Assembly (NCBI GenBank): GCA_017499595.2
Contig: CM039008.1
Span: 1,922,001 to 1,986,000 of the forward strand
Reading direction: 5' to 3'
From: Psilocybe cubensis
Lineage: Eukaryota
DNA length: 64,000 nt
Shown: positions 25,828 through 37,400 of the stretch, piece by piece
How the letters are laid out: each line of letters begins with the position of its first letter
Position numbering within the stretch: the stretch's first letter is position 1
Notes under the pieces: generated by a model
Databases searched by the model: none
Seen by the model: the letters and a program-made list of their open reading frames with translations, nothing else
What the model was told of the DNA's origin: nothing
Position numbers and translations under genes: made by a program

Positions 25828-27674
25828 GCTGCACAACCAGTGTCAATGTGAGTACTTGTGCACAACTTGTATGTGCAGCAACACCATACCTAGCGGCGTG
25901 ACCTGATTCCAGCGCATACTCTCCATGACCATCGCATTAATGTAGGGGAGAGAAGGTCTGTCATCGAAATCCGGAAGACGTTTACCGCCAAGAACGGCGT
26001 CCAATTCGGCGTGTGCTTTCTTCTGCACTTCGGGGTATAGTACCATCGCCATAATGAAAGCCTGAACGGTTGAGACGGTCTTTAACGTATAAATTAGTTA
26101 TTCATTCAGGAAGAGGGAGATTTCTGGGTGTTTGTAAACTCACAGTATCTGCCCCACCTTTACGTAGTGTCAGTCTTCCATATATAAACGAGTTTGAACA
26201 AAATAATACATAAATACGTACCAACATATGATACAGCACTAATATTCTCCGCAATCTTGCGCGCTTCTGCATAGCTTGGGTCCCTCTTATCGGGTAGCCC
26301 TTCGATTAAGGCTGTGGTTAGACATGGTACTGCATCTCCCTTTTCCTATTCATCCGATTGCCGAGCATAGTCAGTAAAAGCTTGAAGTACCGAGGTTAAG
26401 TGGTATTTCCAACCATTTCTTGTTCGACGTGTTTGAATGGTACTTTGGCGAGATCCTCATTCACTTTTCTCCAATGAGCAGCCTTCTTCTTAAACCCAGC
26501 TCCAGGGAACCAAGAAGGGATATATTTAAGAGAGGGTATCATATCCACCAAAAATGAGCCAGGGATACCAGCTGCCGCTAATCCATTTAGAGACTCGTGG
26601 CCAGTTGCCAGATATGGGTCGCCAGACTCCTTGACCTTAATGCCATAGGCCACGGTCATGATTGTGGCGCCGAAGGCTCTGTATAATTGAAATTTAGGCT
26701 GTTAGACCCATGGAAGAGAAAAAAACATTCAAATCAACATACAATTCAATATGTTTCATGAAACCTTCAGGCGAAAAAAGCAGACGCTGAAGCAGCACTC
26801 TAGTTTCATGAAGTTGTATTGGAAGGTAGTTTGCGATAGCCTTCCTGTGGAAATGTTCATTAAATAATCTTCGGTGACGTCTCCACCATTGTCCGTAGGG
26901 TTGCATGGCAAAGTTGAAATCCGATTCCATGCTGTTGAGAATAGTAGCATAGTAAGACATCAACAAGCATGCTAAATTTAAGTTGTTGGAATTTACAGTT
27001 CAATAAGCATAGGTAACCGAAGTCTGTCTGAATAATTGGACGATCGTTTCTCAAACAAGTCATTTGTCCTTTTAAGAGACCCAAGAACAAGGAAGGGTTG
27101 TCCAAGAGCTTCAAAGTAGACCATGTCGCCTGCATGAAGATGTAAGCAATGGGGAACATTAAGATATCCACATAGATGTATACCGTATTTCTTAAACCAT
27201 TGGTCATATACCAACCAAGGATTTTTGTGCGGCACCTGGAGAACGCTGCCAATTATTGGATAGCCTTTCGGACCTGGGGGTAATGGGAGTCTGTTTGGAT
27301 TTCGATTACGCAACTTTGCTTGAAGCTTCTTGACTACATAGGCATAAGCGACTGTCCCAATAACGGTCGCATAAATTGGATAAGTCGCGAACAACGTCCC
27401 TAATGTTGTAGGAATGAGCATGGTGGGTAATTGATTCGAAAAGTAAAAGGTCTCCTGGGTTTATATTGGGCCAGGACTCGTAATCAGGCCTCAGGGGTAA
27501 CTAACGGCATCTAGATAAAAATGGAACCAGCACTTGCATCTGGCTTGTGACACTGATTCTCCAGTGGCAATGATCTAGATAACGAATGAGCTAACACGCC
27601 GAACCGCAATCACATTTAAACAGAAGTTAGCAAGAAATACGTATCGTAATTTATTATATTTACCAAAAACACGA

Positions 27675-27690
27675 GATAAGGTGGGCAAAA
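27675..27690. promoter_or_regulatory. 16-bp motif GATAAGGTGGGCAAAA upstream of P450 copy 2
   Basis: Identical to 11825-11840. Confidence 0.4.
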
Positions 27691-28763
27691 GTGCATTAAA
27701 AAAGGGGAATGCCTGAGATACATTAATCTCGTTTAGTATTGAAAAGTAATACAAGCTTGAAAATGTCTGCCTGACTCCGGATTTGATAGATATTCCGATC
27801 AACATCCGCTCTATCATTGGTCTCGTGAGACATCTATTTGATTGTATTCAATGGGTAGCCGAGGCTAATATTGCCTACAGGACCTCCACCATGACATCCT
27901 TTACTCGTTTGATACTGAGTGGAGAATTATACGTCAAATTTACTATATCAGCTGGTATAGAGATGGCGACATTGTGGAGTGTAAAGGTAGTAAACTTGCA
28001 CAATATGTTTTCTAACTCTGAAACGCTTGCTTCGTAGTGATGGCACGGTACAAAAATGAGTCGCTCAGAAACATTGGTATCAGCAACAGTCGTAAATATC
28101 GTCCACATGTGAATGATTTTAAAAATGGGCTTGCAACGATAAATCGAATCTCGACTGTGTTCTTGAAGAAATGTAAAGCGGTTTTTGATCATACCTTCGA
28201 CTCGAGAGCTTAAGGGCTGCCGTCCGAGGTCTGCTGATCAATACTTGCTACCTCTGACTACTAGGACAATTAAGGTTTAATACGGCATAGAATGTTTTAG
28301 AAAATGGCTCACGGACGCTAGGCGATTCAAATATCTTTGTCAGAAATGTTCACAGTGTGAAAATTGTGACTCAGATTTTTGACATGGGCTCCCTCGCCGC
28401 AACTTGTCACCGAAGTCTCACGAAGCGCCGAACGCATAACACGATTGTTCATTCGGTTGTTTCCGAGAAGGGCGTTTAGTTACATTACGTGATGAGTGTG
28501 AGTGTGACAGTTAACTACGCACGTGTATATATGTAGCTCGTGATCGTGAGATTAGCTATGTTTAGGTGAAAGCCACCCATTTGCTTTCGAATTTAGCATC
28601 AGTACTCTGGCTTAACGTTTAAACAGCTCCCTTCGATAGGCTACATCGATCGCAGGTTGTTGACAATATCAAAGTATCCCAAAATCTCGTTACCTTTCGC
28701 TATTCCCAACCCAAGGTACCTTTGAACACGTTATTGCTTCAACGGTGGTAACCCGGCTTCCCT

Positions 28764-30406
28764 ATGTCATTCGATACACTACACTGGTCGAGTAAGCCGT
28801 TTCTCAAGTGTCACCAAGAAAATACATTCAATTATCTTATCCAGGTCCTACCCGTAAAAATAACAACGAAATTCTATCACCGATACCCAATGAGATATAT
28901 CTCGAAATCTTGAGCTATGTTCGCGACAGCTCCTTCGCTTCTCGCACGTTGTTGAAATTGGTACGCGTATGCCGTTTTTTTGGCGTTATAGTTATTCCTT
29001 GGCTGTTTGAACGAGTGGTGGTTAAACCTAGTGGTGAAAATGACGCGTACTCCCCCCAAAACTGTGCAGAGTTCTGCAGGAGCATACACAATGGCGACGA
29101 ACATGCAAAAACATTGGCGCAGTATGTAAAGACCTGCGTTATGGTGAACTGGGATACACGCAAAGAAGACACTGGTCGATGGATTGCTCCGTTGTTTGCT
29201 TTGTATACCAAATCCATCCAGACTATGACGAATATTCAAGAACTCGACATTTGTCTGACGCACATCACAAAACACGTACTAAAGGCGATGAGCTGCCTAC
29301 CGCGGTTGGAAAGCTTGAAGCTGACTGAATGCAGCCTGGATCCTCATGTCGATATCAAACATCTTGCCAAACTTTCTAGTCTTAAGTTGAAGAAGATATC
29401 ATTCATTGGGATACCACCGATGGCACAGGAACTCTTGGATGATTTTGCCAGTATCGGCATACTAGGAAGCAATCCGGAATCTGTCCATCCCTTGCTCGAT
29501 CATTTGAACTGGGAGTACATCACTGACTTGAACACTACAAATTGGTACCTTGTTGACTTATTATCAGCCGTCAAAGGCGACCTTCGTCTAGAAAGCATGT
29601 CCCTATATCCTTACTTCATGGAAGATAATTTGGACCTTGGAGCTCTCGTATCGATATTGGTTAGGGCACCAGCGCTTCGAGACCTCCGTATTGTGGACCC
29701 ACCTAGCAATTTTTCGACAACTCTACCGGAGCCATTGCATCTGCCAGCTCTGAATATTCTGGAAGCTCCGCCAACTTTAATGGCCTCAATAGTTCCGGGT
29801 AAGCCTGTCGAAGCAGTGGAACTCCACGATAAAACCCTTTCCAAGCACCCCGATTATATACTCGACGCTTTAGCTTTATCTTCCAAGCCTATCGTCAAAG
29901 TGCGCACCACACCGGAATTTTACAAGGCGGTACCATTCTGGAAATATTTTCCAAACCTCACTACACTAGGCCTGACAATCGAACTCAGTCATCCATCTCT
30001 CAACAGCCTCGAAAAGGTTAGTTGTTTGTTCTCTGAGCTCGGATACACATCTGATGTTCACGTACAGGCGCTTTCTGACACTCTGTGCGCGTGGCCCAGG
30101 CACCCCGGTGTTCGATCTTTTCATACCAGGGCAAACATGGGAGATGACTCTGACGCCTTCCTTGATCTGATCCGCCAAAATGCTTGGATAAAGGACATTA
30201 TTTTTCCGCAAATATCCAGTTTGCGAAACTGTCAGTTTTTTTATTGTCTTTCGTGGTTCTACGTAGAAGAAGATGACCACTGGAAACCTGAAATAATACC
30301 ATCCCACGCCCAAGAGGTTGTCGGTCGTCTACTTGTCGCTGAATATAAGGACTACGATAATTGCTTCGAAACACTTTTACTCCATAGTAAAGGTCAGATC
30401 CCATAA
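28764..30406 (+). CDS. F-box / LRR-like protein of the expanded agaricomycete type
   Basis: Exon 1 28764-28791, intron 28792-28844, then IPNEIYLEILSYV...LLKLVRVCRFF (F-box) and LxxLxL repeats (LPRLESLKL, FPNLTTLGL); probable in-frame 51-nt intron 30017-30067. Confidence 0.8.
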
Positions 30407-31525
30407 CTTCCCAATCCTAATCACTTTTCTGATTTTTTACATAGGTTAAACAGCTTTTCATTTTTTCCCCATGACAGATATGTACAACTAGCATCCTTTA
30501 TTCGAAATTTGCAGCAATTATACATTCTGGAACACTCGATCCAATTCACATATTTCTATCAGGCATGTAATCAATCTCGCTATAACAATGCGGCTCATAG
30601 GCCACCTTGGTACCTGCTGCGCATTGAGGAGGTACGCGTACGCGCTGTCTGACACCTTGGTTTCTTTTCGACAAAGGTATCTATGACAGGTTTACAAAGA
30701 TACTCCGAATAGGCACTGAACACGGATCCATTAAGTCTTAAACCATCATCCGACGTATATTGAGGTGCTGCGCATTTGCACCCCGACTTGGCGCTGTGTC
30801 GTTCCCTGTTGTTCGTCAGCCTTGCATTCATGTACTCATGACATGCAAATCCGAAGGCGTTTTGAAGCCGTTGCAAGAATTTTTAGGTTCGTTACTAACC
30901 GCGGTGAATTCTTCATCCCAGGTAGATTGTAAACTGTGGATTAGTGACGTCCTTTATGATTTTTTGAGGACCCTGGTCTGGATGCAGCAGGCTCACTAAT
31001 GCTCCAGTCTTTCCGCCTATGATTCTATGTCATTACAGTTATATTTTGCAGTGCGTTCAAGTACTCATATATTGATAGGAATATGCATGCATTTCCACAT
31101 TACCGAAATCCAGAGCAAACGCCCATATTACCGATCGAAGCATCGCAAATTTCTGTGGCCTTTTTCATCTTGCATCTTACCGTATGGCGTCAACCTACCT
31201 CCAGACAGCGAAAATGTGATGACACAATACAACCGAACCTCTTTACTTCGATTTATGAAAACATAACCTCGGTGTTGGATGGCCGTGGGGCACGGTTCTA
31301 CCATCAAAGGAAATCACTCATCCGACTGCGGATTGCTAGACATGGATGTTACAATCCATTAAGCACTCTCCAACGAGTCACCGTGAAGGCCAAATAACTC
31401 CGTTGTTTCAAACATGGGCTGGCTTGTATAAAAGCAGACCGAGTTCTCTTCTGTTTCCTCGTCTCAAAGAACCAGAGTCAAGTCCAGTTCAACAGCTAAA
31501 GAGTTCTTTACCCAGCCATCAAAAA

Positions 31526-32353
31526 ATGCAGATCACGGTTCAATCTATTTTCGTCGCGGCTGCAATCGCAACTAGCGCCGGAGCATCAGTTATCTCGTGC
31601 GTAACCCTTTTTTGTGTTGAACTGGGACTTGCAAGGAATCTAACACAGTAAATTTTATACAGCTCGAGCGCTTTTGCTGAGACCACATTTTTCGCCACAA
31701 GTTCGGCTTTCGGGGCCCCACCAGAGGCTACTGTGTCTGCAAATGCTACAGTCATAGCTACGAGCGCATTCTTCTCGGATAACAGCACTTTCCCCACCAG
31801 CTCGGCCTTCTCGTTCAACCACACCTTCCCCACCAGCTCTGTTTTCTCGTACAATGGCTCCTTCCCCACAAGCTCAGCTTTCTCGGATAACAGTTCCTTC
31901 CCCACCAGCACAGCATACCCTATCACACTCAGCTCGTACTCGGCCGCTCCAACCACGTTCATCCAACCGTCTTACACCTCCAGTGGCGTTCAGAATGCCA
32001 CTAGCACCGCGGTGTTCACGTTCACCTACGTGCCCATTGCCACAGTCACCGTGACTAAGTATAAGACCAAGTACATCACCCTCTACCCGCCCATCACAGC
32101 CAGCTCCTTCAGCGGCTTCCCCATCTCATCCGTTTCCGTCTCTGCCTTCCCTACCTTTTCCGTTAGCGCCAGTGCCGTATTCCCAACCATTTCCGTCACC
32201 GCACATCCTGGCTTCCCTACCGTTTCCGGTAGCGCCCATCCTGGCTTCCCTACCGTTTCCTTCAGCGCGAATCCTGGCTTCCCTACATTTTCCGTCAGTG
32301 CCAATCCTAGTGATGACATCTCGTCCCCCCCTTCAGCTACTGTCACTGCATGA
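31526..32353 (+). CDS. Secreted Ser/Thr/Phe-rich tandem-repeat protein
   Basis: Signal-peptide-like MQITVQSIFVAAAIATSAGA, GT-AG intron ending at 31662, repeats FPTSSAFSxNx(S/T) and FPT(V/F/I)SxSA(H/N)PG; TATAAAA at ~31427. The exact 3' end is uncertain. Confidence 0.75.
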
Positions 32354-32998
32354 TTGATTGACTGGAAATTGGCAATCCCGGTAATGGGATGATATGTAGG
32401 CTCCACTAGCGTCAATTCACCCCACGAATGTTTTGTGAACGTTGCGATGACCCCTTCACCCTTCCCATGACTGCTCACGATACCTTGATTATTTGTTTAG
32501 ATTAATGGACTTACGTTTATAGTATTATTTCTGAATTCGTCGTAGCATGTAATGTTGCTTCCCAGTAGTGGTTCTTTGTACGTACTTGAACAATGCCATT
32601 ACACATGCGATACGAATTTTGGAGGGAATGTTCCTGTATATCTTTTTTTGATTTCAACGCGAAATATTTCCCGCCGATCCTGACATCATACTTATTTCTT
32701 TCATGATGACTTGAATGCATCAAAAGTTCAATATAGCAATTGGACAAATCACAACTTTAACATGAAAACAATTTTGGCCTACTACCTTGAGTATTTCTTA
32801 AAAGAAACTATCACATAATATCTCAGGCAGTCCGGAACAATTTCACTCTCGCAGTTACCGCAGAACATATCATATGCATAACTTATATTTCTCATATCGA
32901 TGTCTTTGATGAATAGGTTATCTTGTGTGCCTAAAGCATAATCACTTGGAGTTTGGCAGAGTATCATGATATTCTGTACATCATTTGATTGCTTTCCT

Positions 32999-33414
32999 TT
33001 AAGCGGTGGAGTGGACGCCAGTGTGAGGAACCTAGAGAAGTGAGATTTGAATCGAACTATGAGACCAGAGTGTTAATTAATGCAACGAAGGCGACTTACA
33101 GCACTTGAAGAGACTCCGAGAACATTAGCGATGGCATTGAATTCGGCTTCGGTGGGCTTAGCAGCGCCAGTAACGACTATTGACAGGCATTAATCTCCAT
33201 CGTTATGACGGGCCAGGTAAGATTAACTCACTATCGATTACGCGCTGCTCAGAAGCGCCGATGCCGCTGGCGATCTGTCCATATGAATATCCTATAGATG
33301 GACAATGATATTAAGCATTGATATAAAAGTAGCATTGCGATATCGCAAAGAATCTCGCTCACCCTTCTTCTCCTTAGCAGCAGCGAGGGCAGCACATTGA
33401 GGGTTGGGGGCCAT
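32999..33414 (-). CDS. 73-aa stand-alone Cro/lambda-repressor-like HTH protein resembling the cyanate hydratase N-terminal domain (4 exons; absent from the ORF track)
   Basis: Three GT-AG introns give MAPNPQCAALAAAKEKKGYSYGQIASGIGASEQRVIDIVTGAAKPTEAEFNAIANVLGVSSSAVPHTGVHSTA*; TATATAAA ~105 bp upstream. Confidence 0.75.
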
Positions 33415-34282
33415 GATCTCGAATTGGTGGGATTGGGGGCTGGTGCTGGGTGATTGATCGATGTAGATTGGACTAGTGCCAGTGAAAGGAAAGGAAGGTC
33501 CAGAGATTGCTCAGGGTTTATATAGATAATCCTGGAGTCCGATGTCGGTTCCTATTTCATGCACCAAATTGATATAGTTGCCGTTTTGCTGCTAATCCAA
33601 TGCCGAGGAGGACTGGAAAGCGAGAGGTATTCAGAAAGAGAGCCATGCTGTGCGGATTGATGGATGTCCACGGACGATAATAAGGAGATGCGGACTGGCT
33701 AGGCGTCAGATGATCAATCCATCATCTGGAATTTGCCTTGGAATTTGGAAGTGGGAGTAGAAGGGAACGATAAGATTGCTGATGGATCGTTAGCTTTAAT
33801 TTGTCATAGAATAGAGATTGTGTCGGATGATGACATGTTTTTCTCACCTCTAGACCGTCGGAATTCAAAGAAGATTCGGATTTGGGTGGTTCTACTGTAA
33901 TATCTGATTCGAGAACCTGATAAGTCGAATATCATGCCGAGGAGCTTGTGGTGTAAATTATCAGTCCACCCGAGGAACTTAGGTTGATAAATTGCCGGAG
34001 CAAAAGAGGTAATTAGCATTTGACAATATGATTCTTCGTAGACGTGGTGATAAAAGGTTAGACCTTGAAACATCGTAATAGACTCAAAGGTGACTAAACA
34101 ATTTCAGAGCTATCGTGGAAAATCTTGGGAAAGCACCTGCTTCGAGTTGCACAAACTATTGATGAAAGAGCAGAAAGTTTCATCGTAAGAAAACTGATGC
34201 ACGGTGCATAATAATGGTCAGCTTTTCAATGACAATCAAGTCGTGTATCGAGCTTGTGTTCGGGTTCGTCGCGTCGCGTAGA

Positions 34283-34437
34283 TGTTACGGTCAAGGACAC
34301 AGAGAACGAACAACGAGGATTTTCGATGAGCAAACGATGCGCGTTGTTTCGACAAAGGAACCCAAGACCTATGCTACAAGGAATAAAGCTAGGAATGAAA
34401 CAAGGCACGTGCTACGGTACGGTACGTGATCATAACA
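34283..34437 (-). repeat. 3' LTR (155 bp)
   Basis: TGTTACGG...GATCATAACA, direct repeat of 40116-40270. Confidence 0.95.
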
Positions 34438-34451
34438 TCATCCCCCTTTTT
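34438..34451 (-). other. Polypurine tract AAAAAGGGGGATGA
   Basis: Purine run immediately upstream of the 3' LTR on the element's sense strand. Confidence 0.85.
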
Positions 34452-37400
34452 ATGCGGGAGTGTAACGAATGGGCGGTTTAGAAACGCGACCAGAACGAAG
34501 GGTAGTGGTAGGAGCTGGAACATAATTTGAACGAAGGTTTTGGCGAACGATGGGAGGTGAAATAGGACGAATTGGATGAATAATATCAGTTGAGACTGTA
34601 TCTACGAGTGACCGTTTTTGAAAAGAAGAATCAAAAGAAAGGGAATGTGAAATTGGTGCAGGGGTGGCCAGGGCTTCATCGGCAGGGGCATGGGCAGCGG
34701 CAGAGGACGCGGGAGCAAGGTCTTCTTCGGCAGGGGCAGCAGCAAGCGAGGGAGCAGCGGGCAAGCGGGCAGGAGGGTCTTCTTCGGCCATCTGTGAATT
34801 AAACAAAGAATTGTCAGTACGTAAAACAGTTTCGGGGTCGTTAAACGATTGTTGAATTATAATAGGATGGGGGCGAGGTGAACGAGGATGTCGACGATGG
34901 AATTTGTCAATTAATTCATTGAATGTTGTCGGAATGTCAGAAAGAGGGATCCAAGAGTTTTCGGAGTCGGGTAAGTCACGCCATCGTACGAGATATTCAT
35001 AACGATGACCGATTTTACGACAGTCGAGAATATGAGAGATGGAAAGGGCGGGGTCAGCGAGATTAAATGGTTCAGGATCGGAATGGGGATGGAATTCAGA
35101 AGGGTCGGAATAGGGTTCGAGGAGTGAAGTATGAAAGACGGGATGAAGGCGAGAGAGATAAGAAGGGAGCTTGAGAAGGTAGGATTGATTTCCAACTTCC
35201 CGGATGACAGGGTAAGGTCCGAGACGTCGGTGGTCGAGTTTAAGTGAAGGACGGGTGGTGCGAATGTTGCGGCGAAGCAACCATACGAGTTGGTCAGGTT
35301 GATAAGAGGGTGATGGTAGGACATGTTGATTAAAGTATTTTGATTGTTTTTCTTGCGAAAACTGAAGTTCTGCACGAAGCTCTTGATGAATCTGGTCCAA
35401 ACGTTGAGCCAGATCGGCGGCGGCAGGGACAGATGAGTCTTCGGAGAGTTTGGGTTCGAAAGTGGGGTGAAAGGCATAGTTAGCGAAGAAAGGTGTTTGT
35501 TTTGTTGAAGAGTTTTCGGAGTTATTGAATACAAATTCTGCAAGAGGTAAGTAATCGACCCAGTCATCCTGCTGGTAAGAGCAATAAGCACGTAGGTAAG
35601 TCTCAAGCGTCTGGTTGGTACGCTCAGTCAAACCATCGGTGCGAGGATGAAAGGCAGTGGATGTCCGAACATCGACATCGAGCCTTGTCATTAGTTCTTT
35701 CCAAAAGTGCGAAATAAATTGTGCACCACGGTCTGAGACAATCGAGTCCGGAAGACCGTGATAACGAAAGATTCGATCCACGAATATCCACGCCAAATCT
35801 GGCGCAGACGTGGACTCGACGCACGGAATAAAGTGTGCGGCACGAGTTAAACGATCACAAACAACAAAAATTGAATCATACCCATGGGATTTCGGTAGCT
35901 TGACGATGAAATCCATCGATATCGACTTCCACGGGCGATTTGGAATGTCGAGAGGCTGGAGGATACCGTATGGTTTGTGTCGAGGAGCCTTGATACGACC
36001 ACAGGTATCACACGCAGCAACATAGCGGCGGATATACGTGTTGACGCCAGGCCATGAATAATCGCGCATAACCTTGTTCATAGTGAGAGCACGGCCAGGG
36101 TGTCCACCAAGAACACAGTCATGACGTTGATAGACGATTTCTTGACGTAACGACTTGGGTACGTACACACGACCTTTATGGAAAACCATATTGTCATGCA
36201 CCACAAAGTCACGATCGCCTCGAAGAACAGCTTCGCGCCACTCGATGTCTTCACGAAACGCAGATTTGAAGCGTTCCAAGAGTTCGGAGTTGTCGACATT
36301 GAGTGTTGTGAGGCCGGCGGAAGAAGGCAGAATTGAAATAGCATTGATAGAAGCGATATAATCTGTAGCATCAGAGGGAAAAATGCGTTCGGTATGAATA
36401 TGTGTCAGTAAAGCTTGGTGCTGGTGCATCAAGACGTCATCCCCCTTTTTAGGAAAGAAATCGGGGCGCCGTGAAGGAGCATCAGCCACGTTCTGAGCAC
36501 CAGGCAACCAGTCCAAACGAAAGTCAAAATCAGAAAGAAACATAGACCATCGTGCTTGACGACGATTAAGAAGATAAGAAGACATAAAATACTCAAGATT
36601 TCGATGATCACAGCGTACGACTACTGGCTGTGCAGTACCCATAAGCCATGGTCGCATGTCCCGAAATGAATCCACAATAGCGAGAAGTTCTTTATCGTGA
36701 ACTTCGTAGTTGATTTCAGCGGGACTGAACTTGCGAGAGTGAAACGCAACCGGATGTAGATGACCGTCTTCATCTGGCTGTTGTAAAACACCAGATAAAG
36801 CGAAATCGGAAGCGTCAGTGCATAGCGTAGCAGGCTTTGCAGGATTGAAATGTCGTAGAACCGGGTAAGACGTGAATACTCGTTTAAGCTTTTCGAAAGC
36901 TTGCCGTTCGACATCTGTAAAATCGAACTTAACGTTCTTGCGAGTTAGTCGGTTCAACGGAAGAGTGATTTCGGCGTAATGGTCAACAAAACGTCGATAA
37001 AAATTTGTAAACCCAAGAAAAGATTGAATGTCATGAACAGAATGAGGAACCGGCCAATCAGCTATTGTGGCGAGCTTCTTGGGGTTCATTTTGATGCCGT
37101 CAGCACCAATAATATAACCCAGGTACTCAACTTCCGTTTTGTCAAACTCACACTTCTTCGCGTTAGCGAAAAGATGCGAGTCACGGAGACGGTCGAGAAC
37201 AAGCTTGACATGTGCGTCGTGCTCTTCCTGAGTGCGAGAAAAAATAAGAATATCATCCAAATAAACAACACAAAACACGCCAATGAAATCGCGTAATGTG
37301 TCCTGAATAAAAGCTTGAAAAACTGAAGGAGCGTTAGTCAAACCAAAAGGCATAACGAGATATTCGTAAAGGCCGAGAGAAGTGCGAAAAGCAGTCTTCC

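Larger units (their letters stand above)
12817..27421 (-). pseudogene. Cytochrome P450 paralogue split by a 12.4 kb transposon (5' exons 27421-25890, 3' exons 13434-12817)
   Basis: Same exon layout and close similarity to 9551-11721 (PPGPKGYPIIG, GGADT microexon, MESMRW, FGFGRR|ICPG, TAG at 12817-12819). The insertion sits in the intron just after the ExxR exon; no other lesion was seen by eye. Confidence 0.85.

Noticed and set aside
31733-32353. Repeat protein as a Kex2-processed or RiPP peptide precursor
   Set aside because: No dibasic cleavage sites between repeats and no recognisable tailoring enzymes adjacent.
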